A DNA stretch of 64,000 nucleotides, from positions 4,064,001 to 4,128,000 of the forward strand of contig OZ244999.1 of assembly GCA_965223265.1 (NCBI GenBank), read 5' to 3'. Numbering within the stretch: position 1 is the first letter of the stretch; each line of letters starts with the position of its first letter. The notes under the pieces were generated by a model. The model was not told the DNA's origin. It ran no database searches and saw only the letters and a program-made list of their open reading frames with translations. Positions 20,040 to 30,412 of this stretch are shown piece by piece. The DNA comes from Planctomycetota bacterium (GTDB lineage: Bacteria > Planctomycetota > UBA8108 > SXIK01). The position numbers and the translations under genes are program-made.

Positions 20040-22934
20040 ATGCAACAGTCGTCATCGCAGGCGTGGTCGCAGAAACGAACTCTGACTCGAGGCATTGTTC
20101 TGGCTGCGCTTTCGGCGGCGCTGGTCTTTTTCTTTTCTCTCACCGACAGCGCCTCCACGCAAGAAGGCGACGACAAACAGCCATACGTCCCCGAGCTGTT
20201 TCCGACGCTCGAGCAGAGTCTCAAGCGCTTTTACCTCGATCCAACTCGCATCCAACCGCGTAAGCTCGTCCGCAAGGCGCTGGGCGCGCTGGAGAACGCA
20301 GTCGACGAGATCTACGTCAAGGAAGCCGGAGACGACTCACCTCTGGTGCAGATCCACCTGAGCGGCAAGGTTTACGTCGTCTCCCTTGCCGGTGTGAATA
20401 CGCTCCAGGACGTAGTGAGTCTTTTCGACGGGCTCTTCAACTTCGTGCGGCAAAACTATCGGGGCAACCTCGGCGTTGGAGACATCCAGTACGCGGTTGC
20501 GAATGGATTCTTGAGCGGTCTGGATCCACACACCATGGTGTTCAGTCCGAAGGACTTTAGAAACTTCTCCGTCCACATCGAGGGCGAAATCTTCGGCGTC
20601 GGTATGTACGTCGGTAACCGCGACGGCAAGCTCACGGTGATCGAGGTTCTGCCGGAGACTCCAGCGCAGCGTGCTGGATTCAAGAAGAACGATCAGATCG
20701 CCCAAATCGGCGACGAGTCGACGATCAATATGACGGTCCCGGAGGCCGTCGACAAGATTCGTGGCCCTCGTAAATCGAAAGTGACGCTGACCGTCAAGCG
20801 CGCCAGGCGAGACGATCCCAACAAACTTGAAACGATTCCAATCGAAGTCGCACGCGACAAGGTCGTGATCAAGAGCGTCGAATCCAAGCTCATCAACGAT
20901 CGCACCGGCGACACACTTGGCGGCCCCGATTCGGCAGTGGGCTATGTCACTGTGCGCAACTTCGACAAAAACACTACGGACGGTAAAAACGGCCTGATCG
21001 AGCACCTCGCCAAACTAGAGCAGCAGAACGGCGGCAAAGAACTCGCCGGCCTAATACTTGATCTGCGGGGCAATTCAGGTGGCCTGCTGCGCCAAGCGGT
21101 GAAGATGAGCGATCTTTTCCTCACGCGTGGCGACATCGTCGTCCAGGCGACGCGCGGCAACCTCGTCAACCGCGAAGATGCCAACGACGATGACGATGAG
21201 CCCACGTATCCCATCGTGGTGCTGAGTGACCAAGGGTCCGCTTCCGGAGCCGAGATCGTGATCGGCGCGTTACAAAAGAACGACCGCGCAGTCGTACTCG
21301 GGACGCGAACGTTCGGCAAAGGCTCGGTCCAGCAGCTTCACCGGATGCCCAGAGAAGCGCAGCTGAAGATCACCGTCAGCGAATACTTGATCCCGGGAGA
21401 TATCTCAATCCAAAGCAACGGTGTAGTCCCTGACATTCTGGCACTTCCAGTGACGCTCGACGGCAAGGACAACGACAAGAACTTTGATCTTTTCCCGCGT
21501 GTGCGTAGCCTCACCGAAAGCAACTACCAAGAGCACATCGTGTCACGGTATGCGAAGGAGGAAGAGCCGTCATTCACGCTGAAGTATCTTCACGACCCCG
21601 TCGAGTACGACGCGGACAACGACCCATTCGTTAGCGGCAATTTGCAGCCGGCAAAAGACAAATTGGTCCTCATGGCGTTGGGGCTACTCGGCGACATGCA
21701 GGAAACCAATAGTCGCGAGGCGGTGCTCAAGCGACAGAAAGACGAAATCGAGGAGCTCAACCAAACGCTCTACGCTGAAATCGTCGCTCGTCTCGCGGAG
21801 CTCGGCATTGACTGGAGCGCCGGCGAAAACCCGACAGAAAAGAACGTTCAGCTGACGATTTCCTCCGAACGAATTCAAGAACCTTCAGGAGACGACGAAG
21901 ACCCCGTCCCGGTCAACAAGTTGCGACTCACGGCACGGTTGACGAACAACGGTACGGCTCCGCTGTATCGCGTCAAAGGCATCACGTCTTCGGAGTACTT
22001 TCTCTACAAACACCGCGAGTTCCTTTTTGGCAAAGTCGCGCCTGGAGAAACCGTTGAACGGAGTCTACAGATACGCCTGCCATATTTCCCAAATGCTCGC
22101 AACGACCTAATCACCATCGAGCTGAGTGGCGAAGACGATGCGGTCTTTCATTCAGGATCTTTGGCGTTGGAGCTGCTCGACGGTGGCCGGCCTCGATTCG
22201 CCTTCAAGTACGAGCTGATCGATGCCAAGTCGGAGCGACCGATCCGATCGCTAGAACCCGAAACTCAAGCAGTGCTTCGCGTCACTGTGACGAACTCGGG
22301 AGATGCCACAGCTCACAAGGGCGTCGTGATTCTGAGAAGCGAGATGGGACGCGAGGTCTTTCTGAGCAAGGGGCGTGTCGAATTCACAGAGCTGGAGGCC
22401 GGCGGCGACTTTGTGGCTGACTGCCGCTTCAATATCAGAGCCGGAGTCGACATCAGCCTCTACAAATTCGAACTCGCGGTTGTTGATTCATACTCAGGTG
22501 CAAACCTGAGCCGCAAGCTCGAGATCCCATCAAGTGAGTTTCAGGTGAAGGAATTCACGACGGGGACGACCTATGAAGCGCCAATCGTCAACGCGACCTT
22601 TTCTGCCGCCTCGACGAACGGCGGCGGCGAGCCAGGAGGCCCCCCGCTACTCGTCACTGGTGCGTCGAGCTTGACGCTCAAAGCGATGATTGAGTCGGCT
22701 TCAGGCGCCCCCTTCAAGTCTTGGGTCATTCAGAGTCCAATCGACGAAACCGAAATCTTCCCCGACAAGATCTTCTTTGTTGACTCTAAGGGCCGTGGCG
22801 AGTCGCAATGGCAGACGGTTGTGCCGCTGAGTGAAGGCACCAACGTCTTCACGGTTGTGGCGGAAGACAACGACGGTCTTATGGGGCGGAAAAACCTCGT
22901 GGTTCGGCGCGTCGCCAAGGAAAAAGCAGAGTAG
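20040..22934 (+). CDS. S41 carboxyl-terminal processing protease (PDZ + S41) with long C-terminal beta-sandwich extension
   Basis: N-terminal TM, LDPHT, PDZ (GVGM, IRGP), LDLRGNSGG, SASGAEI (Ser), TFGKGSVQ (Lys), GVVPDI. Confidence 0.88.
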   Translation: MQQSSSQAWSQKRTLTRGIVLAALSAALVFFFSLTDSASTQEGDDKQPYVPELFPTLEQSLKRFYLDPTRIQPRKLVRKALGALENAVDEIYVKEAGDDSPLVQIHLSGKVYVVSLAGVNTLQDVVSLFDGLFNFVRQNYRGNLGVGDIQYAVANGFLSGLDPHTMVFSPKDFRNFSVHIEGEIFGVGMYVGNRDGKLTVIEVLPETPAQRAGFKKNDQIAQIGDESTINMTVPEAVDKIRGPRKSKVTLTVKRARRDDPNKLETIPIEVARDKVVIKSVESKLINDRTGDTLGGPDSAVGYVTVRNFDKNTTDGKNGLIEHLAKLEQQNGGKELAGLILDLRGNSGGLLRQAVKMSDLFLTRGDIVVQATRGNLVNREDANDDDDEPTYPIVVLSDQGSASGAEIVIGALQKNDRAVVLGTRTFGKGSVQQLHRMPREAQLKITVSEYLIPGDISIQSNGVVPDILALPVTLDGKDNDKNFDLFPRVRSLTESNYQEHIVSRYAKEEEPSFTLKYLHDPVEYDADNDPFVSGNLQPAKDKLVLMALGLLGDMQETNSREAVLKRQKDEIEELNQTLYAEIVARLAELGIDWSAGENPTEKNVQLTISSERIQEPSGDDEDPVPVNKLRLTARLTNNGTAPLYRVKGITSSEYFLYKHREFLFGKVAPGETVERSLQIRLPYFPNARNDLITIELSGEDDAVFHSGSLALELLDGGRPRFAFKYELIDAKSERPIRSLEPETQAVLRVTVTNSGDATAHKGVVILRSEMGREVFLSKGRVEFTELEAGGDFVADCRFNIRAGVDISLYKFELAVVDSYSGANLSRKLEIPSSEFQVKEFTTGTTYEAPIVNATFSAASTNGGGEPGGPPLLVTGASSLTLKAMIESASGAPFKSWVIQSPIDETEIFPDKIFFVDSKGRGESQWQTVVPLSEGTNVFTVVAEDNDGLMGRKNLVVRRVAKEKAE

Positions 22935-22956
22935 ACGAGCGCGCCGGAAGCGCGGC

Positions 22957-24753
22957 TCATTCAGATGCAGCGGCCGCAGCGACGCGGTCTGCGAGCTCAG
23001 CTCTCCGCGCCTCGAGTGGAGCTCTCTTTTTTTTGAGCTCCTCCAGCGTCTTTTTGCCTTCGGCGCGAAAGTCCGGATTCCCCGACTCAAGATCCTCCTC
23101 TGCCCACCCCGCTTCTTCGTCAAGCTTAGCGAGTTCCCGCTCGACTTTGCCAAGTTCGATCTCCAGTTCGGCTCGGGCGCGCTCGCGAAGAATCGCCTCG
23201 GAGCGAAGACTCCAATTCGACGCGCCTCTCGCTCGCACCTCGTCGAGCTCACTTTGTACGCGGCGGCGCGTTCCCACCAGAACGCGTTCCTCGGCTCGCA
23301 GCTCAGACTGATCTTGCGAGTAGACCCTGCGCAGGTACGAATCGTCGGGCTCGAGCTCGCCGGCGAGGCGCCGGACATACGCCAAATTTGCGCGTACGAT
23401 CGCAATGTCTCGATCGCCCTCGATCGCCTGCATCTCCAGGTGTAGACCGCGGATCTCCGGCGCTTCCGGCTGTGCCCCGGACACTCTCGCTGCCGCCAAT
23501 TCGACACGCCTTCGTGCCAGCTTCGGTTCATAGCCGAAGCCGTCTTCCGTCAGCACCCGCACGTGCTCTTTGAATGGCGCGGGAAGCTCCTTCTGATCTC
23601 GAACCCATTCACGGCGATAGGTCTCTTGAAGATCGTAGATTTCGAGATACGCGGCCTCGATCTGGGCAGTCAAAAGTTCGGCGCGCAGGGCCAAACCACG
23701 CAGCTCGGCAGAGCTTCCCGGATCGACTGGAGGCGCAGCGGTTGCATCGCGTGTCGGACGAATCAGCTTGGAGAGACGAGCGGCTACGTCGACGAGTTGT
23801 GACTTTCTCGAATCGATCTGGCGAGCGATGGGTTCCATCGCTTCGTAGAGTGGCCTTCGTGCCTGCAAGGCGCGACGTCCCTCCACCTGCTTCAGATAGT
23901 GGACCAGAGCGACCTCAGAATCGAGCCGACGGAGAATGAGCTCCACGGGGACGCTCTCCTCAACAAGCTGACGCAAGTCGGTGACGAGGTGGTGGTTCAC
24001 CACCGGCGGCATCATCCATGGCAACAGACGGGGCGACGTCGTCGGATGCCATAGCAGCGAGTATGCGGGCTGACCGCGATTGGTGCCTCCCAGGGTGACC
24101 TCGACCGCATCAGGAATCGTCCGCGAACGGGCGCTATGGTCCGCCGACTCAAGCTCGACGCCGGGGTCTGACTCTGCATCAGGCTCTGCTTCGCGCTTCG
24201 AGTCCGTTTCACCGCTGGACGCGACGTCACGTCCGGAGTGTACGCCAGCGCCCGCGCCGAACGAGAAGCCTCGCACGAATGCTGGAAACCCGATGTCCGC
24301 CGTCTCGTCGAAAAAATCGAACAGAATACCCTCTGCTGGGTACTCCCGGACGACGCCAGCATCTCGCCAGCGAACGAGGACGAGAAGGCGATCTCCCTGC
24401 GTGCGCGCAAAGCCGTCCGGTCCGGTGATGTTCCAAAAGCTCGCCGATCGGCAGCCGATCGCCTTTAGGGCATCGTGAATCTCGGGGCCACGAGCGTCGA
24501 AGACGACCACCGTTTCGTGCTTCGGGCCCGTCCGGTGGCATGCGAAAACCTCGAGAACACGCGTGGCGCTGAAAAAACGGCACGGTATCCGCACTTCGCC
24601 GCTGGCACGATCAATTTCGATCGCCGACTCGCCAGCCCGCAGCGGAGCGCCAGCGCCAGCGTCGCGCGTCGGAATCGCCATGAGTATCGCCGTGAGTATC
24701 GTCAGCGAGACGGTCATCGAACGTGTCAGCGTCGACCGGTTGGGAGACTTCAT
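22957..24753 (-). CDS. Secreted hypothetical protein: YdjY-like domain plus long coiled coil
   Basis: Signal-like segment. LEVFAC...KHETV...IHDALKAIG pattern resembles YdjY-type domains. E/R/L-rich helical C-terminal half. Confidence 0.6.
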   Translation of the reverse strand: MKSPNRSTLTRSMTVSLTILTAILMAIPTRDAGAGAPLRAGESAIEIDRASGEVRIPCRFFSATRVLEVFACHRTGPKHETVVVFDARGPEIHDALKAIGCRSASFWNITGPDGFARTQGDRLLVLVRWRDAGVVREYPAEGILFDFFDETADIGFPAFVRGFSFGAGAGVHSGRDVASSGETDSKREAEPDAESDPGVELESADHSARSRTIPDAVEVTLGGTNRGQPAYSLLWHPTTSPRLLPWMMPPVVNHHLVTDLRQLVEESVPVELILRRLDSEVALVHYLKQVEGRRALQARRPLYEAMEPIARQIDSRKSQLVDVAARLSKLIRPTRDATAAPPVDPGSSAELRGLALRAELLTAQIEAAYLEIYDLQETYRREWVRDQKELPAPFKEHVRVLTEDGFGYEPKLARRRVELAAARVSGAQPEAPEIRGLHLEMQAIEGDRDIAIVRANLAYVRRLAGELEPDDSYLRRVYSQDQSELRAEERVLVGTRRRVQSELDEVRARGASNWSLRSEAILRERARAELEIELGKVERELAKLDEEAGWAEEDLESGNPDFRAEGKKTLEELKKKRAPLEARRAELADRVAAAAASE

Positions 24754-25021
24754 GTGCGTCACACTCTTCACCGTGGCATCGTTCCCCCTTGTTATACCGG
24801 TCCCTCCCACGAGGTCCAGAGAACCCTTGAGTGTAGAGCGCCAGGGCAACACAGAGAGCACCTCCTCGAAGCAGCGCCTGCCGATCGCACGGCGATTGTC
24901 CGCACCGAAACGCTATGGTACGATCCCACCTTCGCATTTTTCGACCCGCCGGCTCACTTGAAGCTCGCCCCACAATCGTTTGCCGGGCTCCCGCCGCCAC
25001 GACAGGACTCTCCGACGAAAC

Positions 25022-26275
25022 ATGAAAAATCTGGCGCTGCCGTTTTCAAAGGCGGACATCGAATCCATCGCCACGGACCACCCAACGCCGTTTCACCTCT
25101 ACGATGAACGCGCAATCCGGGAAAATGCGCGTCGATTCCTAGAGGCGTTCGACTGGTGTCCCGGATTCAGGGAATTCTTCGCCGTCAAAGCGACCCCGAA
25201 TCCTCACCTACTCGAAATTATGCGAGACGAGGGGTTCGGCGCGGACTGCAGCTCGTTCGCGGAACTCACTCTGGCCGATTGCGTCGGCCTGCGCGGCGAG
25301 CAGATCATGTTCTCTTCGAATGAGACTCCCGCCGCTGAATTCATCAAGGCGAAATCTCTCGACGCGATCATCAATCTGGACGATCTCACGCACCTCGAGT
25401 TCCTGGAAAAAGTTACCGGACTTCCCAAGCTGATCTCGTTTCGTTTCAATCCCGGTCCAGCACGCACCGGCAACGCCATCATTGGAAATCCGGTGGAAGC
25501 GAAGTTCGGCCTGACACGCGAGCAACTTTTCGAAGGCTACAGCGAGGCACGAAGGCGCGGCGTGGAACGATTCGGACTTCACACGATGGTCATTTCGAAC
25601 GAACTTCACGGCGAGTATTTTCTCGAAACGGCGCGCATGCTTTTCGAGCTGGCGGTCGAGCTTCATGCTGATCTCGGCATTCGTCTGGAGTTCGTCAATC
25701 TGGGTGGCGGCATCGGCATACCATACCGTCCTGACGAGAGCCCGATCGATGTCGCCGCATTTGGCAGCGGCGTAAGACAACTCTATGAACAGATGATCGT
25801 CGCGAACGGCCTCGACCCGATGCGGATCTTTCTGGAGAGCGGGCGTTACTTCACCGGACCGTACGGCTACCTCATCACGCGAGCCATACACAAAAAAGCG
25901 ATCTACAAGCAGTACGTCGGAGTCGACGCATGCATGGCGCACCTTATGCGCCCCGGGATGTACGGCGCCTACCATCACATCACCGTACTCGGTAAAGAAG
26001 GGCAAACCTCGAATCGCGTCTACGACGTTGTCGGCTCGCTGTGCGAGAACAACGACAAGTTCGCCGTCGATCGTGAGCTACCCGAGATCGACATCAACGA
26101 CTTACTGGTCGTTCATGACACGGGAGCCCACGGCCACGCTATGGGGTTCAACTACAATGGAAAGCTGCGTTCAGCGGAACTCCTGCTGAGAGAGAACGGC
26201 GAAGTCCAACAGATCCGTCGTGCTGAGACAGAAAAGGACCTGTTCGCGACCCTTGACTATCCGGGGTTGACGTAG
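25022..26275 (+). CDS. lysA: Diaminopimelate decarboxylase
   Basis: TPFHLYDE, FAVKA (PLP Lys), AKFG, NLGGG, ESGR, RPGMYGAYH, GSLCENND, GAHG..MGFNYN. Confidence 0.93.
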   Translation: MKNLALPFSKADIESIATDHPTPFHLYDERAIRENARRFLEAFDWCPGFREFFAVKATPNPHLLEIMRDEGFGADCSSFAELTLADCVGLRGEQIMFSSNETPAAEFIKAKSLDAIINLDDLTHLEFLEKVTGLPKLISFRFNPGPARTGNAIIGNPVEAKFGLTREQLFEGYSEARRRGVERFGLHTMVISNELHGEYFLETARMLFELAVELHADLGIRLEFVNLGGGIGIPYRPDESPIDVAAFGSGVRQLYEQMIVANGLDPMRIFLESGRYFTGPYGYLITRAIHKKAIYKQYVGVDACMAHLMRPGMYGAYHHITVLGKEGQTSNRVYDVVGSLCENNDKFAVDRELPEIDINDLLVVHDTGAHGHAMGFNYNGKLRSAELLLRENGEVQQIRRAETEKDLFATLDYPGLT

Positions 26276-26587
26276 GGCGGCTGACTGAACGACGTGCGGC
26301 GCTCTCAAGGCATCTTCTCTTCGTCTCTCCTTCGCGTAGTGGTCGCCATGGACTGCTGAGTTTCTCCGTGCGACGCTGCAAGATCTCGCTTTCACCAGCG
26401 GTTAGCGTTCTCTTCAGGAGTTGTTCAGGTCTCCGCTAGAGCGACTCGATGCTGAATGGAATTAGGCTTTTGAAGAAACGGGCGCGCTGTATCATAGGGG
26501 TGTCGAAAACCTCTGGCAGCGCCCCTCCTGCCGTCCCCTCCGACCCGTCGCGGTTCCCTGCGTCATAGCAATGCAAGTGGGCAAGTG

Positions 26588-28534
26588 ATGAGACAAACCC
26601 TACGACTGCTTTGCATTTTTTGCTGCATCTCTTGTTGTGCGAGCACAACTTTGCACGCACAGGAGATGAGTCTTGGGGCGGCCCAGGGAAGTTCAGGAGA
26701 GGAGATCTCGATCTCGCTCCAGCTGACCTCGAGTGCCGGGGTCGAGGGGCTGTCAGCGGTGTTCGAGTGGAACGGAGCGATCGCTGAAGGAGTTTCGCTC
26801 ACCCCAGCGGCGGCTATCGAAGGTGTAGATCTCCTCGTCAGCCGCGCCGAAGCGAATTTCATGGTTTTGGGAGTGGTGGTCGACACGGACGGGAGCGGCG
26901 AGTTCGTGATCCCGTCGGGTAACAACACCCTGCTCGCCACAGCGAACGTTCGCTGCCTCGAGCCTGGAGTGACCGATATAGTTTTCGTCGACAACAAGTA
27001 CGCCTCAGTAGCTGGAGGCGCCCTGCTCGCCAACCTCGTCGTTCAGGACGGCCAAGGCATTGGCGTCAACGAAGGCTTGGTCGTGACGAACGGTTCGGTC
27101 GAGTGCACTCAGGCGTCAACTCGTTTCTCGATCGACAGTAGTGTCGAAGAGGAAGCACGCGTGCTGCTCGACAGCGGCGTACCGATCGAAGGCTTCGTGG
27201 TTGCTCTGTGCCATGATCCTTCCGCTCTCCAGCTGCGTAACATCGTGCTGGGAGACGTTGTCTCGGTGCTTAACCCCGAGTTCACCAGCATTGAGCTCGA
27301 TTCCGGCGGTGGCGTCGTGGCCACCATCTTCGACGTCGAGCCACCTTTCGATGGTCAGACTTTGGCTCCAGGCACGGATCGGCACATCGCTTCGTATGTG
27401 TATGACTGCCTCGACACGTCTTCGGAAACTTCCGACGTGGAGTTCTGCGACCTCGTACTCAGCCAGCCAGCGAAAGAGAACGTGATCGTTTCCGGAGGCA
27501 AGTCTTTCAGCCCAGAATTAGAGGGCGGCGTCGTGATGTGTGCCGCTCAGCCGTGCGACCGAGAGATCTGCAACAATCGAATCGATGATGACTGCGATGG
27601 CCTCGTCGACGCAGAAGACGACGAGTGTCAAGAAGTAGCGTTTTTCTGTGGCCCTGCGGACTTTCGGGAAGGTGATGACCCGACGATTCGAGTCGCGCCG
27701 GGAGCCGCCGTTGACGTGTGTTTCTTCATCCGCAACCCCGAAGACAACGCCGTTGGACAGGAAAAACAGTTTGACCACCTGCAAGGATTCTCGATGTCGA
27801 TCGGTTTCAGTTGCGATTTGACCGCTAGAGACGAGTTCGACATCACCGACACGATCCTCGAGGCGCTGCGCGCCGAATTCGTTCTGCCGCAGGTCGATAA
27901 CGATGAAGACGACGGCGACGGTTGCGAGCTGATCATCGGCGTCCTGATCGATGCGGTGGCGCCGTTTGACGGTGCCACGATTCCACCGCTTGACTTCCCA
28001 CAGCGCATGGGATGCGTCAGATTCACCGTCGACGACAACCCCGACCTTTGCGGCTGGTGCCTGCCCATCGAGTTCATTGACGGCCTCTCAGGAAGCGACA
28101 TGGTACCAACGAAGAACCTCGTCTCCGCCGAGAACGAAGCACGCTCACCGCTCCTCAATGGATGCGAGATTTGCGTTGGTGACGCGGCGCTCTTCTTCCG
28201 CGGCGATTGCAACTTCGACGGTGGTGCAGAAGGGCTTGCCGTCGACATCGGAGACGCCGGCGCGCTGATCAGCCATCTCTTTTTTCCGGTGGGCTCTAGA
28301 TTCGAGGTGCCTTGCCAAGACGCCTGCGACTGCAACGATGATGGCAGGCTCGACATAGCCGACGCCACCTGCATGCTCGCCTACCTGTTCCAGTCCGGCC
28401 CCATGCCGGATCTCCCAGGCCCTGGTGCCGTGGGAGTGATTGGGGACGATCTGCCCCTCCGAGCCACGCCGCGCGGCGTGGATCCGACCGCCGACGACTT
28501 GGGCTGCACCGGCGGCACGGATTGCGGCAGTTGA
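26588..28534 (+). CDS. Secreted protein with three cohesin-like modules, a Cys/Asp metal-binding motif and a C-terminal dockerin-like domain
   Basis: Signal peptide ending LHA. Three internally similar ~140-180-aa beta modules. EICNNRIDDDCDGLVD motif. FRGDCNFDG...CQDACDCNDDGRLDIADA..L.YLF. Confidence 0.72.
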   Translation: MRQTLRLLCIFCCISCCASTTLHAQEMSLGAAQGSSGEEISISLQLTSSAGVEGLSAVFEWNGAIAEGVSLTPAAAIEGVDLLVSRAEANFMVLGVVVDTDGSGEFVIPSGNNTLLATANVRCLEPGVTDIVFVDNKYASVAGGALLANLVVQDGQGIGVNEGLVVTNGSVECTQASTRFSIDSSVEEEARVLLDSGVPIEGFVVALCHDPSALQLRNIVLGDVVSVLNPEFTSIELDSGGGVVATIFDVEPPFDGQTLAPGTDRHIASYVYDCLDTSSETSDVEFCDLVLSQPAKENVIVSGGKSFSPELEGGVVMCAAQPCDREICNNRIDDDCDGLVDAEDDECQEVAFFCGPADFREGDDPTIRVAPGAAVDVCFFIRNPEDNAVGQEKQFDHLQGFSMSIGFSCDLTARDEFDITDTILEALRAEFVLPQVDNDEDDGDGCELIIGVLIDAVAPFDGATIPPLDFPQRMGCVRFTVDDNPDLCGWCLPIEFIDGLSGSDMVPTKNLVSAENEARSPLLNGCEICVGDAALFFRGDCNFDGGAEGLAVDIGDAGALISHLFFPVGSRFEVPCQDACDCNDDGRLDIADATCMLAYLFQSGPMPDLPGPGAVGVIGDDLPLRATPRGVDPTADDLGCTGGTDCGS

Positions 28535-28730
28535 CCAGACTCTCCGGGCGCGATCATTCGGCCGCTCTACGGCCGGAAGCGACGTAAGGGAGTTCTTCAC
28601 GCTCTGTTCGGTTAGACTGGGCGCCAGAATGCGGCGGCCGGCACAGTGTGCCAGAGCAAACACCGGCGCCCGCGGCGACGGGGAATCGGTCCCCGCTGAC
28701 ACGTGTCTAACCTCGAGCTCGGCCAACACT

Positions 28731-29918
28731 ATGCCATCCACACGCCTCATCGACGACGAGCGTGCCGTCTCGCACCTGATGAACTTTCTCGCCACCGAAG
28801 GACCGAGCCGCCAAGAACAGGGAGTCGCCCAGATCGTCCGAGAGAAACTCGTGGCCGCGGGGTGCAAGCCAGCCTGGATTCGGCATGATTCCGCCCATCG
28901 CCGTCTTGGCGATGGCCACCAGGTCGGAAACTTGATCGTGCACTGGCCGGCAAAGGGCGCGGGCCGCCGGTCGCAGCCGCGACGCCTCTTTTGCGGCCAC
29001 ATGGACACCGTCCCGCTTTGCCGTGGCGCCGTCCCCGTGCGCCGAGGGCGCCGCATCGTAGCGAAAGGTCAAACGGCTCTGGGGGGCGATAATCGAACCG
29101 CCGTGGCTGCGATCGTGACCGCTGCGGAAGCGATCCTCAAATCGGCGCGACCTCACCCACCGCTCACCCTCCTCTTCACAGTAGGCGAGGAAATCGGGCT
29201 TCGCGGTGCCCGGGAGGTGCGGTTAGCAGACCTACGGCGTCCGCAACTAGGCTTCAACGTCGACTCAGGCGATCCCGCGCGCGTGATCATCGGCGCGACC
29301 GCTGCTGAAAGGTGGGAGGTTGATGTCTTTGGCATTGCCGCCCACGCGGGGGTACATCCCGACAACGGCGTCTCCGCTGCGCTCATCGCTTCGCACGCCA
29401 TCGCCGCCGTGGCCGAGGACGGATACTTCGGCAAGATCCAAAAAGGCCGCCAAACTGGGACCTCGAACGTGGGAATCGTCCGCGGTGGCGAAGCTACCAA
29501 CCAGGTCACCGATCATGTCTACATACTTGGAGAATCACGCAGCCACAACGCCAACTTCGTGAGGCGAATCACGCAGCGCTATGAGCGCGCGTTTCGCAGC
29601 GCTGCGACGCGGACGAAAAACAGTGCGCGCCAGTCCGGGAAAGCGAGCTTTCGCTGGTGGCTGGATTATCCGTCGTTTCGTCTCCCGGCCTCGGAAGGGG
29701 TGATCCGCGTTGCGGAGGCGTCGGTGCGTCGGCTGGGATTGACGCCACAGCGCGTTATCGTCGACGGCGGCGTGGACGCCAACTACCTGAACTCCAAGGG
29801 CATCCCCACGGTCACGTTGGGCGCCGGCCAACACGGCGCCCACACCTTAGGAGAGTACGTCGACGTCAAAGAGTATCTCAGTGGCTGCAAGCTGTTGACG
29901 GACTTGATGAGCGGCTAG
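28731..29918 (+). CDS. M20 family metallopeptidase (peptidase T-like)
   Basis: GHMDTV, LGGDN, GEEIG, AAHAG, GGVDAN, HTLGE metal-binding motifs. Confidence 0.88.
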   Translation: MPSTRLIDDERAVSHLMNFLATEGPSRQEQGVAQIVREKLVAAGCKPAWIRHDSAHRRLGDGHQVGNLIVHWPAKGAGRRSQPRRLFCGHMDTVPLCRGAVPVRRGRRIVAKGQTALGGDNRTAVAAIVTAAEAILKSARPHPPLTLLFTVGEEIGLRGAREVRLADLRRPQLGFNVDSGDPARVIIGATAAERWEVDVFGIAAHAGVHPDNGVSAALIASHAIAAVAEDGYFGKIQKGRQTGTSNVGIVRGGEATNQVTDHVYILGESRSHNANFVRRITQRYERAFRSAATRTKNSARQSGKASFRWWLDYPSFRLPASEGVIRVAEASVRRLGLTPQRVIVDGGVDANYLNSKGIPTVTLGAGQHGAHTLGEYVDVKEYLSGCKLLTDLMSG

Positions 29919-29971
29919 CAGCCCGTGCGGCCAGAAGGCTGTTGAACGAGTGCGTGGCGCATCACGGCCGG

Positions 29972-30412
29972 CTAAAGATTCAGCTGCAAGCGGGCCGCGT
30001 CGGACATGCGATCCATCGTCCATGGAGGATCCCACACGAGCTCTACTTTGCATTCGCGCACGCCCGGAGCGCCGCCGACTTTCTGTTCGACCTCCGGCGG
30101 CAAACTGCCGGCGACCGGACATGCCGGCGACGTCAAAGTCATCCGCACGTGAGCCTTCGCATCCTGGTCGATCGCGACTTCGTAGATCAGCCCGATCTCG
30201 TAGATATTGACCGGAATTTCGGGGTCGAAAATCGTTCGTAGGACGCCGACAACGTTGTCCTTGATCACTTCCTCATCGGGATGTCGCTCGAAATCATAGG
30301 CGGAGGTCTCTGCAGCAGGCTTCTCTGCCGCCTGGCTTGCGTCTTTTGATGTCGATTCGCTGGACGACTTTTCGTCGTCACTCCTCGGCGCCTTCGGATG
30401 CTCTTCCACCAT
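29972..30412 (-). CDS. sufT: Fe-S cluster assembly protein SufT/PaaD-like (DUF59)
   Basis: DPEIPVNIYEIGLIY, MTLTSPACP, VWDPPWT. Last gene of the suf operon. Confidence 0.88.
   Translation of the reverse strand: MVEEHPKAPRSDDEKSSSESTSKDASQAAEKPAAETSAYDFERHPDEEVIKDNVVGVLRTIFDPEIPVNIYEIGLIYEVAIDQDAKAHVRMTLTSPACPVAGSLPPEVEQKVGGAPGVRECKVELVWDPPWTMDRMSDAARLQLNL

Noticed and set aside
28440-28730. N-terminal extension of the M20 peptidase
   Set aside because: It overlaps the upstream gene and is not protein-like. Family similarity starts near ATG 28731.
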